A stretch of DNA of 64,000 nucleotides. Source: Nitrospirales bacterium. GTDB lineage: Bacteria > Nitrospirota > Nitrospiria > Nitrospirales > UBA8639. Of this stretch, positions 10,237 through 21,799 are shown in pieces (the stretch's first letter is position 1; each line of letters begins with the position of its first letter). The notes beneath the pieces were generated by a model. That model made no database searches and was not told the DNA's origin. It saw only the letters and a program-made list of their open reading frames with translations. The translations under genes were made by a program, and so were the position numbers. The stretch spans positions 2,336,001 to 2,400,000 of the forward strand of contig OY820905.2 of NCBI GenBank assembly GCA_963555755.3. The letters run 5' to 3'.

Positions 10237-10845
10237 ATGACCTTCACCTCTCAGGAAATCGCGCGTCTCACGGACACCAACTTTTTTCTCGATAAGGCCA
10301 CCATCTCTACGAAAATTCGGCAATCCTTAGAACAACTCCACGAGACCTATCAACACGAACTCACGCAACATCAACTCATCGTCCCGGATCAATTTACCCT
10401 CGACGCATTCCAACTGGTCAGAGGGGAACATTTAGAAAACTTCCCCTATCAATATCTGGACTACCCTCGATTTTACACGCGAGAAACCAAGTTTGCCTTT
10501 CGTACGCTGTATTGGTGGGGTCATCACATCATTTTTTCCCTCATTCTCGAAGGTGGCCACATTCGACGGTATAAAGAAAACCTCATCAACCGGTTTTCAG
10601 AAATCGCCGATCGAGAGGTATGTTTATGCCTCGATAGTTCATTATGGGAATGGAAGAAAGGACCGGGTTATACCTTGAAACTGACAAAAGACCGAAAGCC
10701 AGAAGTGGCTGCCGTCCTCGCGAATCGTCCATTTTTCAAGCTCGCACTTTTCATGCCATTCGACGATCCCATCGTCACGTCAGGGAACATTTGCCAGAAA
10801 GGCCAGGAAGTCCTACGCACGATACTTCCGGTCATTAAGGATTAA
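10237..10845 (+). CDS. Hypothetical protein
   Basis: 202-aa ORF with GGAG RBS; GEHLENFPYQYLDYPR segment. Confidence 0.7.
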   Translation: MTFTSQEIARLTDTNFFLDKATISTKIRQSLEQLHETYQHELTQHQLIVPDQFTLDAFQLVRGEHLENFPYQYLDYPRFYTRETKFAFRTLYWWGHHIIFSLILEGGHIRRYKENLINRFSEIADREVCLCLDSSLWEWKKGPGYTLKLTKDRKPEVAAVLANRPFFKLALFMPFDDPIVTSGNICQKGQEVLRTILPVIKD

Positions 10846-10851
10846 ACTTTA

Positions 10852-10992
10852 GGGCACCTCTAAAAACCGTCCTTTTCCGTGATGGCGGCGTCAGCCGCGT
10901 GCTCAAATCCTCATGTATTCGCCCATACACTCCGGTTTTCCGCGCGCGGCTTCCTTGCCCTCACAAAAAATGCCTGGTTTTTAGAGGTGCCC
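10852..10992 (+). repeat. Family A MITE (141 bp, reference copy)
   Basis: TIR GGGCACCTCTAAAAACC; TSD TTTA. Confidence 0.92.
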
Positions 10993-10993
10993 T

Positions 10994-11572
10994 TTACTCG
11001 TCTTCTTTTAATCCCAGTAGTTCCGTGAACTCCCTGGCACTGTAATTCTTCTGAGTCTCCAGTTGAATAATGTCGATCTCGGCTTCCTGGCATAATACCT
11101 TCATCAGGGTATGTTGAGAATTCGACGGAGCGCCCTCATGGTCCTTTGACCCAACCATGATAATTTTACTCGGTAGCATCGTCCCGGGATGAACCAGCAC
11201 AAAGTCGGCGGTGAGGGTTCGGATGGCCTTCACCATTTCTCGCCGTGCATCTTCGTCATCCGCACTCACCTGCACCAACGTGCGCAAGGGAATTTTGGCA
11301 AACACCAAAAAACAATCACGGGATACTAAATGAAGGAGATTAAATACGGCCACCTCTGATGCCTGAATCAACGGACGCCCGCTGACGATTATCGCATCAG
11401 GAATAGTTGTTTCTTTGAATCGTTGGGACTGTCGTCGCCGATTCCACCAGGGTTGCACCAAAAAATAGACTAGAATGAAGGTCACAATGGTCAGCGCCAA
11501 CATCAATAGTTGAGAGAGGAGTGGAAGCGATTCAATGGAAAGTGCTGAAAGGGAATCAAAGGCTGCAAGCAC
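10994..11572 (-). CDS. DUF2726 domain membrane-anchored protein
   Basis: N-terminal TM helix, LIQASE...VFAKIPL...DFVLV pattern. Confidence 0.7.
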   Translation of the reverse strand: MLAAFDSLSALSIESLPLLSQLLMLALTIVTFILVYFLVQPWWNRRRQSQRFKETTIPDAIIVSGRPLIQASEVAVFNLLHLVSRDCFLVFAKIPLRTLVQVSADDEDARREMVKAIRTLTADFVLVHPGTMLPSKIIMVGSKDHEGAPSNSQHTLMKVLCQEAEIDIIQLETQKNYSAREFTELLGLKEDE

Positions 11573-11597
11573 GTCGAATCTTTACCTGTGGCAGAAG

Positions 11598-12767
11598 TTA
11601 GAAGTGAATTGAGAATTTCTTCTTTCCCGGCACAACCATTCCCAACACCACCGGGTATCGAGCGCCGGTGACCGCCGGTACATTGGTTGGCATACCGTGA
11701 ATGGTTTGATAGGCCATCACGGCGAAAGCCAACGCCTCAAAGGCATTACTATCAACACCAGCCTGATCCATGGTGCAAACCGGACGTGGATCAAATACCT
11801 GTCTCAGCGCATTCATGAGAGCCAGGTTGTTGACTCCCCCTCCGCCGAGTATGACTTCATCGATATTCCCCTTGAACCATCCACATGCCTCGACAATTGT
11901 CTTGGCCACAAAGTCGCAACTGGTCGCAAGGGCATCTGGCAGGGACAGGTGTTTCGCTTTGGCCCGCCTTAACACGTCAGCAATATAGGAATCGCCAAAT
12001 TCCTCACGTCCCGTAGATTTTGGAGGTCGTTTGGCAAGATAGGGATGGGCCAATAAGGTCTTAAGCCACGAGGCATGACTTCGGCCTTTTCCCGCCAGAC
12101 GGCCGTTTCGATCAAACTGTTGTGTTCCATCGGTGCCCTTCACCACTAATCCATCCAACAGCATATTGCACGGGCCCGTATCAAATGCCCGAATGTCATC
12201 GAGGCATCCATCTGCTGGTAAAAACGTCACATTTGCAATCCCGCCAAGATTCACGACCAGCCGCGACCGACGTGTCGATTGAAACAACAGATGATGAACA
12301 TACGGTGCCAGTGGAGCACCTTCCCCGCCTGCGGCCACGTCGCGAGTGCGAAAATCAGCCACCGTCGTAATGCCGGTCCGCTCCGCGATAATGGCTGGAT
12401 CGCCAATTTGAAGAGTAGATCGAATGGCCCCAATCTTGGGTTCTCGAATGGGTGTGGGTTGATGATACACCGTTTGGCCGTGCGAACCGATCAATCGAAT
12501 GTCCTCCGTTGCCATACCTGCTCGCTTGATCGTCCGAAGAGCCGTCTGAGCAAACACTTCCCCCACTGCCGCATTCAGGTGACATAACTCCGCGACGGTT
12601 CCTTGAGTGGGAGCCAGCAACACACGCTGTCGTAAGTTTGGCGGGTAGGCTAACGTTTGAGATGCGAGGAGCTTGATCTTGATGCGTGCCTGAGAACGCG
12701 TGATATCAACGATGGCGCAGTCTACACCATCGGCAGAAGTCCCGGACATTAGTCCCAAGCATTTCAT
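11598..12767 (-). CDS. anmK: Anhydro-N-acetylmuramic acid kinase
   Basis: GLMSGTSADGVD, GSHGQT, GGEGAPL, NLGGIAN, FDTGP, PKSTGRE. Confidence 0.96.
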   Translation of the reverse strand: MKCLGLMSGTSADGVDCAIVDITRSQARIKIKLLASQTLAYPPNLRQRVLLAPTQGTVAELCHLNAAVGEVFAQTALRTIKRAGMATEDIRLIGSHGQTVYHQPTPIREPKIGAIRSTLQIGDPAIIAERTGITTVADFRTRDVAAGGEGAPLAPYVHHLLFQSTRRSRLVVNLGGIANVTFLPADGCLDDIRAFDTGPCNMLLDGLVVKGTDGTQQFDRNGRLAGKGRSHASWLKTLLAHPYLAKRPPKSTGREEFGDSYIADVLRRAKAKHLSLPDALATSCDFVAKTIVEACGWFKGNIDEVILGGGGVNNLALMNALRQVFDPRPVCTMDQAGVDSNAFEALAFAVMAYQTIHGMPTNVPAVTGARYPVVLGMVVPGKKKFSIHF

Positions 12768-12849
12768 GAATTCAATTACCGCGGAGACTCGAGTAGTCAG
12801 TCAGGATATCACTCAAAAAAATTCACGTTCAAGGCACAGTGTCACCGAT

Positions 12850-13266
12850 TCATATTTTTGGGGATTCTTGCTGGTTCCGATCCCACACCATCCCGATTTG
12901 CTCTTTCGCACTAAATCCAAGCGTTTCATAAAACACCTGCTTATCGCGGGTACACAGCCAAAACAATTCCACCTGCTGCAGGGTCGGATGCGACAGGATA
13001 CGCTTGATAATCTCCGTTCCGATATCTTGGTCCTGGTACTGTCCATCCACGATAACATCCCAAATTGAAGCCCGGTAGACATAATCCGTCAGCACGCGTC
13101 CACACCCCACTAACCGGTCCCCGTCCCACGCCGTCAGAAACACATGGGTGTGTTTCACCATTTCCTGAGCATCGTCTAGAGTCCGTCCGCTGGCCCATGA
13201 TGACTGTTCAAACAGTGGTAAAAGGCTAGAAGGATCGAAATGTTTCCCATCGGAGTATGTGATCAT
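12850..13266 (-). CDS. GNAT N-acetyltransferase
   Basis: LVGCGRVLTD, DVIVDGQYQDQDIG, FYETLGF. Confidence 0.88.
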   Translation of the reverse strand: MITYSDGKHFDPSSLLPLFEQSSWASGRTLDDAQEMVKHTHVFLTAWDGDRLVGCGRVLTDYVYRASIWDVIVDGQYQDQDIGTEIIKRILSHPTLQQVELFWLCTRDKQVFYETLGFSAKEQIGMVWDRNQQESPKI

Positions 13267-13358
13267 GAGAACTGTAGAAAAACCAAAATTGGGAGATTTT
13301 TGATTGACCAGCTGGAGAATTTTGATGTATCTGTATTACACTAATCGTTATACAAATA

Positions 13359-13420
13359 CTAGGAGCTTGTCCGAGATTAGACAGATCGACTTCGGATACG
13401 TATCTTGAATCGGTTCCTAG
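13359..13420 (+). repeat. Truncated family D MITE
   Basis: CTAGGAGCTTGTCCGAGATTAG...TTCCTAG. Confidence 0.6.
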
Positions 13421-13437
13421 CAACGAAGAGGATGCTC

Positions 13438-13617
13438 ATGCCGATGCTTGTCAGGAAATGTCCCAAATGCGAGAAATTATTTTGGATTAAGGAACAGGAC
13501 ATAGAATATTCCAACGACGATACCTGGCGAATCACTTGTCAGCATTGCCAGCAAGTGCTTCGCATTCCCCTCGTGACGCAGGGACCCAATGCCGGCGCTC
13601 CCAAAATGGGCCACTAG
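13438..13617 (+). CDS. Small zinc-ribbon protein
   Basis: CPKC...CQHC; GAGG RBS. Confidence 0.6.
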   Translation: MPMLVRKCPKCEKLFWIKEQDIEYSNDDTWRITCQHCQQVLRIPLVTQGPNAGAPKMGH

Positions 13618-13735
13618 GCTGTTCAAAAAGGCCGCCAGCGGCGTTCTCGGCCCTTTGTCGTGCTCACGTACTCGCGTACGCTCCGCGCGTCAAAGGGCCT
13701 GCGGCCTTGCTGGACGACCTTTTTGAACAGCCTAG
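13614..13735 (-). repeat. Family B MITE
   Basis: CTAGGCTGTTCAAAAAGG...CCTTTTTGAACAGCCTAG. Confidence 0.88.
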
Positions 13736-13762
13736 TTTCCTCTTGGTCATAAAGGAAGAACA

Positions 13763-14482
13763 ATGCACCTTGAGAGCCTTGGCGGGTTAGGCGCGCAGAT
13801 TGTGGGAGGACCCGATCGAGACGGCAGTGGCACAGGCCCAGTGGTCATACTCCTCCATGGATTTGGTGCACCCGGAGACGATCTTGTCGCATTGTGGAAA
13901 ATGATTCGAGTGCCCGATGACGTCCGGTTTGTATTTCCGGTTGCCCCTCTGGCTCTTGACGGTGGATTCCAGGGGAGCCGGGCATGGTGGATGCTCGATA
14001 TGGAACGCATTGCCCGGGATGCCGCCAGTGGCCGGGAACGTGACGTGCATGCCATTCCTGACGGGCTGCCAGAGGCCCGGACATCAATCATGGCCTTGCT
14101 TGATGCACTGGAGCAACAATGGAACATTTCCTCCGAGAAAATTATTCTTGGAGGTTTCTCTCAAGGCGCCATGTTGGCCTGCGACACGGTATTCCGGACA
14201 AATCGTCCCTTTGCCGGGCTCATCCTTCTGTCAGGGACCCTCATCGCCAAAAATGAATGGATGCCCCTCATGCCCAATCGAAAAGGGCTCCCGGTTTTTC
14301 AAAGTCATGGCACCGATGATCCGCTACTGCCATGTGGAACCGCCAAGGACCTTCGAGATACCATGACCAGCCATGGGATCCCCGTCGAATGGCATGAATT
14401 TCGTGGAGGGCATGAAATCCCGTTTGCCGTCCTCGAACGATTAGGGCCCTTTCTTCAGATCCATCTTGACACACCCTCTTGA
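13763..14482 (+). CDS. Phospholipase/carboxylesterase (alpha/beta hydrolase)
   Basis: LLHGFGA, GGFSQGA, HGTDDP, GGHEI. Confidence 0.92.
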   Translation: MHLESLGGLGAQIVGGPDRDGSGTGPVVILLHGFGAPGDDLVALWKMIRVPDDVRFVFPVAPLALDGGFQGSRAWWMLDMERIARDAASGRERDVHAIPDGLPEARTSIMALLDALEQQWNISSEKIILGGFSQGAMLACDTVFRTNRPFAGLILLSGTLIAKNEWMPLMPNRKGLPVFQSHGTDDPLLPCGTAKDLRDTMTSHGIPVEWHEFRGGHEIPFAVLERLGPFLQIHLDTPS

Positions 14483-14529
14483 TCCCGCCACGTCAAACTT
14501 AAGGGCACCTCTAAAAACCGTCCTTTTCC

Positions 14530-15219
14530 GTGATGGCGGCGTCAGCCGCGTGCTCAAATCCTCATGACTTGGTCCGCAGATCAACAACCATTGGTGAAGG
14601 GTTCAGGCTTAACGAGATCACACATGATCTGGAGGCCTTAGCATGGTCCGAGTCGATACGGGACATTGAAATTATGCAGTTTGTCAAGTACTTCACAACC
14701 GAAGGGTGGCTCGACAATTCTACAGGTGCATATTACACGATAACAGTTCCTGGCTATGAGCACGTCGCCGAGCAGACAACCAAGAGAGACTCGTCTCAAT
14801 GCTTTGTCGCCATGTGGTTTGATGACTCGATGAATCAGGCGTATGAAGAGGGTATCAAAAAGGCGGTTGAAGAGTGCGGGTACAAGGCCTTGCGGATCGA
14901 TAAGAAGCCGGACGTGAACAAGATTGACGACGAAATTATTGCCGAAATTCGCCGCTCTGGCTTCGTGGTGGCTGATTTCACGCATGATGAGAAAGGTGAT
15001 CGTGGGGCCGTATACTACGAAGCAGGCTTTGCCTATGGTCTTGGCCTAGAGGTCATTTACTCCTGCCGCAAGGCTCCGCAGAATGAACTCAACTTTGATA
15101 CCCGGCAATATTACCACATCCTCTGGGAAACCCCAGAAGACCTCTGCAAACAACTCAGACATCGGATCCGGGCTCGTGTCGGTGATTATAAGGCTGAAAC
15201 AGCCCCTGCCACATTGTGA
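14530..15219 (+). CDS. Nucleoside 2-deoxyribosyltransferase-like protein, probably 5'-truncated and fused to the MITE arm
   Basis: CFVAMWF, IDDEIIAEIRRS-FVVADFT, RGAVYYEAGFAYGLG, FDTRQY; first ~12 codons are MITE sequence. Confidence 0.7.
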   Translation: MMAASAACSNPHDLVRRSTTIGEGFRLNEITHDLEALAWSESIRDIEIMQFVKYFTTEGWLDNSTGAYYTITVPGYEHVAEQTTKRDSSQCFVAMWFDDSMNQAYEEGIKKAVEECGYKALRIDKKPDVNKIDDEIIAEIRRSGFVVADFTHDEKGDRGAVYYEAGFAYGLGLEVIYSCRKAPQNELNFDTRQYYHILWETPEDLCKQLRHRIRARVGDYKAETAPATL

Positions 15220-15397
15220 GAATGCCAGGGAGGAAGACATGATTGACTCACGCAGACCGCACCTCACCACCAGACCACCCGCCGTTGTTACTTGTTGATC
15301 GACGATGTTCTAACGGGAACGGGATCAAAGAAGAGGCCTTGCTGGAATGTCACCCCCTCTGTAGGATCGAGTCGGTGAACAGCAGAGGAGGTGCCAC

Positions 15398-15691
15398 ATG
15401 ACGGAACAGGACATCGGCGGACAAGCGATCCAGGTCACCGCAGTCAATGTGGGACTGTCCGCCGTGGTGGGATACGTCCTCTTCAAAATCATCACCCGTC
15501 CCAAGCCGACGAGCTATGGACGGCTTTGGATTGGTTGGTTCGCAGGAATCGCGACGCTAGCTAATTTTCCCCGCGTCCTCCTCCACCAGTTTGATCTGAA
15601 TGCCGTGGGCACGTGGCTCTTCCCCATCCTCTTTCTCTCCCCCGTGATCTGGCTCTTGGGCTGGGCGTACGGAAAGATCAGAGGCACCTGA
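15398..15691 (+). CDS. Small membrane protein (about 3 TM)
   Basis: AGAGGAGG RBS; three hydrophobic segments. Confidence 0.7.
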   Translation: MTEQDIGGQAIQVTAVNVGLSAVVGYVLFKIITRPKPTSYGRLWIGWFAGIATLANFPRVLLHQFDLNAVGTWLFPILFLSPVIWLLGWAYGKIRGT

Positions 15692-16108
15692 CCCCAAGGC
15701 CTTCCTCTTCTAGCATAAAACCTTCCCCTTTCCTCCAAATGGGATTACAACAACTCCGGCGCAATTGCCCGGGATTCTGCGGCAATGGTAGAGTACAAAC
15801 AGCCTCTGCATCCGTTTCGCCCCAGCCCGGCTTTCCCACCAGGCTTCGTTGCGAGGCCGTCATCATTATCACATTCATCAAGGAGGAGAGTGCCGTGAGA
15901 AGAAGTGTGTTATGCGTCGCGTATTCGCCCATACACTCCGGTTTTCCGCGCGCGCCTTCCTTGCCCTCACAAAAAATGCCTGGTTTTTAGAGATGCCCTT
16001 AAGAGCCAGACCAGGCGGAATTGCGTCAAAATGCTGCGTTGAGTATGATGAAATTGTTCGGAGGCTTAACTATTTCCATCACAACCGCCTAAAGAGGTAT
16101 CGAAGCCC

Positions 16109-16348
16109 ATGATCACAAACGAAGTTCTTACACAATACATCACTCAGGCCATGCCCGATGCCAAAGTCTCCATGACTGATCGCACAGGGACCATGGATCA
16201 TCTGAACGTCCGAGTTCAATCAGATTCATTTAAGGGGAAAAACCTACTCGATCGCCATCGCATGATTTACCAGGCATTAGACGAACCCATGAAAGACGGG
16301 CGCATTCATGCCCTAGAATTACAGGCCGAAACCATTGACGGATCATAA
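16109..16348 (+). CDS. bolA: BolA/IbaG family protein
   Basis: DH...SDSFKGKNLLDRHRMIYQAL...IHALEL. Confidence 0.92.
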   Translation: MITNEVLTQYITQAMPDAKVSMTDRTGTMDHLNVRVQSDSFKGKNLLDRHRMIYQALDEPMKDGRIHALELQAETIDGS

Positions 16349-16504
16349 GGGTTTGCGCAAGAATAACTCCCCTGTTTGAGTGCTGAGACACCTGTCTGGC
16401 AAGGTGAGAGGACTTCGCATACTCCTCGTATGTAAAGGACGAGCCACGCCGCCAGACGGGATGGATCGACGCCCAAACAGGGAAAGTTATTCTTATACGA
16501 ACCC
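16349..16504 (+). repeat. Family C MITE inserted at the bolA stop codon
   Basis: TIRs as at 2226; TAA at 16346-16348 and 16505-16507. Confidence 0.88.
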
Positions 16505-16521
16505 TAAGGAAGGAGCTTTAT

Positions 16522-16854
16522 ATGGCTGATCCCATTGAAGATGAAATTCAGCAGGAAATTCAGAAACACAAAATTTTGATCTACGGAAAAGGGACCAAGA
16601 CAGCCCCACAATGTGGCTTTACGATCGAAACCATGGAATTTTTCGACAAGTTTGGCTTTCCCTACGAGCTTATCAATGTTCTGGAAAATCCCGCCAAACG
16701 AGAAGCTCTCACACGCATGACGAACTGGCCAACACTGCCAAAGGTGTACATCAACGGCCAATTTTATGGCGACACGGATGTGTTGGGCCCCATGGAAACC
16801 AAGGGAGAACTTAAGCCCTTACTCGATCAGGCATTCCCTAACCAATCTTCATAG
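16522..16854 (+). CDS. grxD: Monothiol glutaredoxin (Grx4 family)
   Basis: KGT...PQCGFT, WPTLP; next to bolA. Confidence 0.9.
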   Translation: MADPIEDEIQQEIQKHKILIYGKGTKTAPQCGFTIETMEFFDKFGFPYELINVLENPAKREALTRMTNWPTLPKVYINGQFYGDTDVLGPMETKGELKPLLDQAFPNQSS

Positions 16855-16876
16855 TCACTCGCCAAGAGTCCAAACG

Positions 16877-16915
16877 AAAGAGCCTTGCTCCTAATAGGGC
16901 AAGGCTCTTTTTTTT
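16877..16915 (+). terminator. Rho-independent terminator after grxD
   Basis: AAAGAGCCTTGC...GCAAGGCTC followed by a T run. Confidence 0.85.
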
Positions 16916-17107
16916 CCCCAGTTCCTAATGCTTCGCGCAAGAATAACTTTCCCTGTTTGGGTGCTGAGACGCCTGACTGGCAAGGCGAGAGGACTGCACA
17001 TACTCCTCGTATGGGCCTGTTGAATATTTCACTCCAACAGCCCCAAAAAGCTCCAGATGAGCCACGCATCGTCAGTGGGAGGGAATGTTCAAAAAAGCAT
17101 GCCCTTG

Positions 17108-17113
17108 TATAAT
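17108..17113 (+). promoter_or_regulatory. -10 box (TATAAT) of the IS110 circle-junction promoter; -35 TTGACT at 18299-18304
   Basis: Joining the ends at the CT core gives TTGACT-17 bp-TATAAT. Confidence 0.85.
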
Positions 17114-17119
17114 GCAAGG

Positions 17120-18321
<1,202 letters not shown>

Positions 18322-18838
18322 GTCTTTCCGAAGGGTCTATCCAGCAAGGCCGCAACCATTTTGACGAGCGGAGCGTACTCATAGTACGTGAGCACGGCAA
18401 AAGGGCGAGAACGCCGCTGGCGGCTTTTTTCAACATTCCCCGTATGGAAAGGACGAGCAACGCCGCCAGACGGGATGGATCGACGCCAAAACAGGGGAAG
18501 TTATTTTTGCGCGAGCCCTTAGATCCGCAACCATTCTCAGATTTACGACCCAATTCGTGCCCAACTCGTCCTCTGGGTTCTCTTCCTGTATCCAACGCCT
18601 GATTCTGCCCTTTTTTAGAGTCCCCATCACCGGAATGGTTGCGATGATGCCACCCGACCCTGACCTCGTTGATTAGTAAATATCCAGACACGATCTAACG
18701 GTTAGTGCGGATCTAACGAGTTTATTGCCCTTCACTGAAAACCAGACTCAAGGAAGCATCGTGAGGCCCGATAAACCAAGAGTAGGGTCGTAATCTCATG
18801 TGAGGCCAGACATACCTTTTTAAGGCAATTGAGGAGAA

Positions 18839-19600
18839 ATGAAATTGAGGAAACGGCCAACCACATGCTCCCTGCTGAAATTGGGGACGTTCACGCTCCT
18901 TCTTGTGACAGCCGGATTCGCCACTCTGCCGGGATGCTCCACCTCAGGAGAACCGCGTTTCGAAGCCCCTCCGACTCTTGCAGAACATGAGGGACCCTCC
19001 AAGCAGCAAACTTCTGTCCTTGTAAATCACAAACAATCAACCCTGTACCAGCACATGTTGATGCAAGGTAATTATTCCGATGCGGCGATTTTGAAAAGTT
19101 TTCAGCATATTCAGCCCCTACAAGCTCCCCCATCTTCTCTATTCACCGATATTTCGGCTCCCTTGATCGTCCAAGCCTCGATCACAAACACGCGGAACCC
19201 ATCACATACCCAAGGACTAACCCCCCAGTTAAGCGCGAACTGGCATGCCCGTGTTGGATGGATGTTGGTGTTGGATGGTAATTATCGAGGTGCTGAAGCC
19301 GCGTATCGGCAGGCTCTCAGGAAGAACCCCAAGTCGGCCAAAGCCAACTTAGGACTTGGGATGGCGTTGAATCTTCAAGGTGATCGTCAGAAGGCGATAT
19401 CAGCTTATGAAAAGGCCATTGCCATTCAGCCTAACTATGCAGCAGCTCTGGTGCACCTGGGCTATGCGTACACCGAAGGGGATACCAAAGGTCAGAATAT
19501 TGCAAAGGCACGCACACTTTTTAAACAAGCCTCAGAGCTGGGAGACCCCTTTGCTATGCTGGCCTTGCTGGACATACAGACACGAAAACCATCCGTCTAA
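18839..19600 (+). CDS. TPR-repeat lipoprotein
   Basis: LPGC lipobox-like; AEAAYRQAL and AISAYEKAI TPR repeats. Confidence 0.8.
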   Translation: MKLRKRPTTCSLLKLGTFTLLLVTAGFATLPGCSTSGEPRFEAPPTLAEHEGPSKQQTSVLVNHKQSTLYQHMLMQGNYSDAAILKSFQHIQPLQAPPSSLFTDISAPLIVQASITNTRNPSHTQGLTPQLSANWHARVGWMLVLDGNYRGAEAAYRQALRKNPKSAKANLGLGMALNLQGDRQKAISAYEKAIAIQPNYAAALVHLGYAYTEGDTKGQNIAKARTLFKQASELGDPFAMLALLDIQTRKPSV

Positions 19601-19779
19601 GGACCTGAGAGAAAATAGCTTGGACAATGTCGCGCCAAGATTTGGGTCGGATTTGGACGGAACGATTGAGAAAAACCCGAGGCATAGCACAGCTATGTTG
19701 AGGGTGCTTCGATTGAGGCCCGTTCAAAGATGGCCCGAAGATTGGATGCGAGATGTCTAAGTTATTTTCTCTCAGGTCC
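19601..19779 (+). repeat. Family G MITE inserted at the TPR-gene stop codon
   Basis: TIR GGACCTGAGAGAAAATA; TAA on both sides. Confidence 0.85.
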
Positions 19780-19870
19780 TAACACACTAAGTTCAAAATA
19801 ATCTGGTCTAAAAACAGTTGCCCTTCTCGTGTCCTGCACCAAGAATTTTTCCCCAGCTTTCTCGCACTGA

Positions 19871-21718
19871 CGGATCTTCCCCCGAGTTTTGGGCGGATTT
19901 TTGGCTCTAACCTTTTGATGTCATTGAAGAAGTCACGGTTTGGGCGAGGCCACGTCTCTGCCTACACATGCACCTTGGCTGGCCGTGTGGTGGTGGCAGG
20001 CGGGGTGATCCCCAATGCGGCAAAGATGGTTGCCTGCCTAGCATCGGGGCGAGCCAGCTGAAGCACCTCCTGCCCGCCGATTGCATGGCGTTGGAAACAC
20101 AATCGTGACAGGGCCCCCAGGGCGTCTTGAAGGGTCAGCGCCTGGGCGCTCTGCTCCGTCGTCCCAAACGCCTCCTTCAGGCCTCGCTCGCCTTCCCGGG
20201 CCACTTTCAGGGCGAGCATCGCGGCAAAGACATGGCCACGCGTGCGGCTCTCCTTCCGCACAAAGATGGGGCGCAGTTCGAGCAAGCCCGTCTTCATCGT
20301 CCGGAAGTCGCGTTCCACCCGTTGCAGGTCCCGGTACCGGGCATCCACCGTCGCGGCATCCATCGTGTCCCGAGCCACATCGGTTTCCAGCACCGAACAG
20401 CCATCCAACAGGGCCGCCTCGGCCTGCTTGGCCTCATCAATCTCGACCACAAGCTGGGTCCCCTGCAGGGCGAGGGTGGTGAAGGCGGAGAGCTTGTGCT
20501 TCTTGGCCCACTGGGTCAGCTGCCGCTGTCCCGCCGCCGGGGTGGCCCGCTTGGCCGTCTGAACAAACGCATTGCGCGCCGCGACCTTCTGCTGCAGTGT
20601 GGCCACTTTGTCCTGACGTCGCGTGGCCACCGTGTGGCGCAACGCCTCATTCCGCCGCAGGATCAGCCGACGAGACCCATCCTCCACTTCCTGTATCGTC
20701 TCATCAAACAAATTGAGTTGGAGCACATCTTTCTTCAGCAAGGTGCGAATCTGCGGGTCAGTGAGGGCGGTGAGGTACTTGAGTCCCTGCTCGGTGAGGG
20801 CCGCCTTGCCTGCGGCTTTCACCATCCCCCGATCCCCCACACACACGACGTCGGTGATCTTGAACTGGGTCTTGATCCGTTCAATCTGCTCGGCGACCGT
20901 GCGGGGATCCGCCGTATTCCCCTTGAACACCGTGACGGCCAGCGGCTCACCATCCGGCCCTGTCAGCAAGCCAATGACAATCTGCTTCTTGTGTTTCTTG
21001 CCGTCCCGGTTATACCCATAGGCGGCCAGTTCATTCTTGTCCCCCTCAAAATAGGAGGAGGTCACGTCATAGAGCACCAAGACCGGGGGCTGGCCGGTCC
21101 GCTGGACATAGGCCCGATACAGTTTCTTCTCGATGGCTTCTTGTTGGGTGCCCAACCAGTCTAAGGCCTCGTACAGGTCATCCTCGTCAAAGGCGGGCAA
21201 TCCCAACACCTCAGCGACCGCATGATCGGTGGCCCACCGCACGGCTGACAGCCGCGAACCCTGATGAGCCACTCGTGCCAGCACCAGGAACAGGGCGAGC
21301 TTGGCTACTCGTTTCGGACCCAAGGCCGACACCACTCCCACCCGTTGGGCCACCGCTTTCAGGGCGAAGAGGACGCCAAAGATCCGATCACTCACGGGGC
21401 CCGCCTCGTCTTCCGTTCCATCGAAATCCCCACGGAGGCAGCGCTTGAGCGCGTCTACGCGAGCCGGAGGCCACGAGGTCAGATTGGCCAGGGTCCGGGT
21501 CTTCACCTTGCCGCCCGCTCGGTAGCTTTCGCGCAATAAAATGGCGGGCGGGGAGGTGCGGTTAGGAACGGTGGCGATATACATGCTTTATGTATAGCAT
21601 AAATAAAGCATTATAGTCAAGATAAAACAACAATTACATGCCTACATTCCAGAGAGCAATCCAATCTTTCCCTGAAGAATTCCAACAGCTTAGGTGGCAA
21701 ACATGGGGGGAAGATCCG
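19871..21718 (-). mobile_element. IS1634-family element
   Basis: 13-bp TIR CGGATCTTCCCCC; 5-bp TSD ACTGA at 19866-19870 and 21719-21723. Confidence 0.9.
19962..21584 (-). CDS. IS1634-family DDE transposase
   Basis: LLRESYRAGGKVKTRTLANL, YDVTSSYFEG, GDRGM, VERDFRTMK, RPIFVR. Confidence 0.95.
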   Translation of the reverse strand: MYIATVPNRTSPPAILLRESYRAGGKVKTRTLANLTSWPPARVDALKRCLRGDFDGTEDEAGPVSDRIFGVLFALKAVAQRVGVVSALGPKRVAKLALFLVLARVAHQGSRLSAVRWATDHAVAEVLGLPAFDEDDLYEALDWLGTQQEAIEKKLYRAYVQRTGQPPVLVLYDVTSSYFEGDKNELAAYGYNRDGKKHKKQIVIGLLTGPDGEPLAVTVFKGNTADPRTVAEQIERIKTQFKITDVVCVGDRGMVKAAGKAALTEQGLKYLTALTDPQIRTLLKKDVLQLNLFDETIQEVEDGSRRLILRRNEALRHTVATRRQDKVATLQQKVAARNAFVQTAKRATPAAGQRQLTQWAKKHKLSAFTTLALQGTQLVVEIDEAKQAEAALLDGCSVLETDVARDTMDAATVDARYRDLQRVERDFRTMKTGLLELRPIFVRKESRTRGHVFAAMLALKVAREGERGLKEAFGTTEQSAQALTLQDALGALSRLCFQRHAIGGQEVLQLARPDARQATIFAALGITPPATTTRPAKVHV

Positions 21719-21799
21719 ACTGATTCAGCGCCAAAATCCAGCACGGATGTTTTTTCACCCTATGGCACCCACCTGCGGGGATCTCCTGACGGACGGACC

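Larger units (their letters stand above)
14503..15998 (+). mobile_element. Family A MITE split by about 1.35 kb of cargo (left arm 14503-14566, right arm 15922-15998)
   Basis: The two arms join into one complete family A copy; TTAA TSD at 14499-14502 and 15999-16002. Confidence 0.85.

Noticed and set aside
20127..21164. 345-aa ORF opposite IS1634, and similar antisense ORFs such as 5827-6420 and 3009-3605
   Set aside because: Shadow frames of well-supported genes with no recognisable motifs
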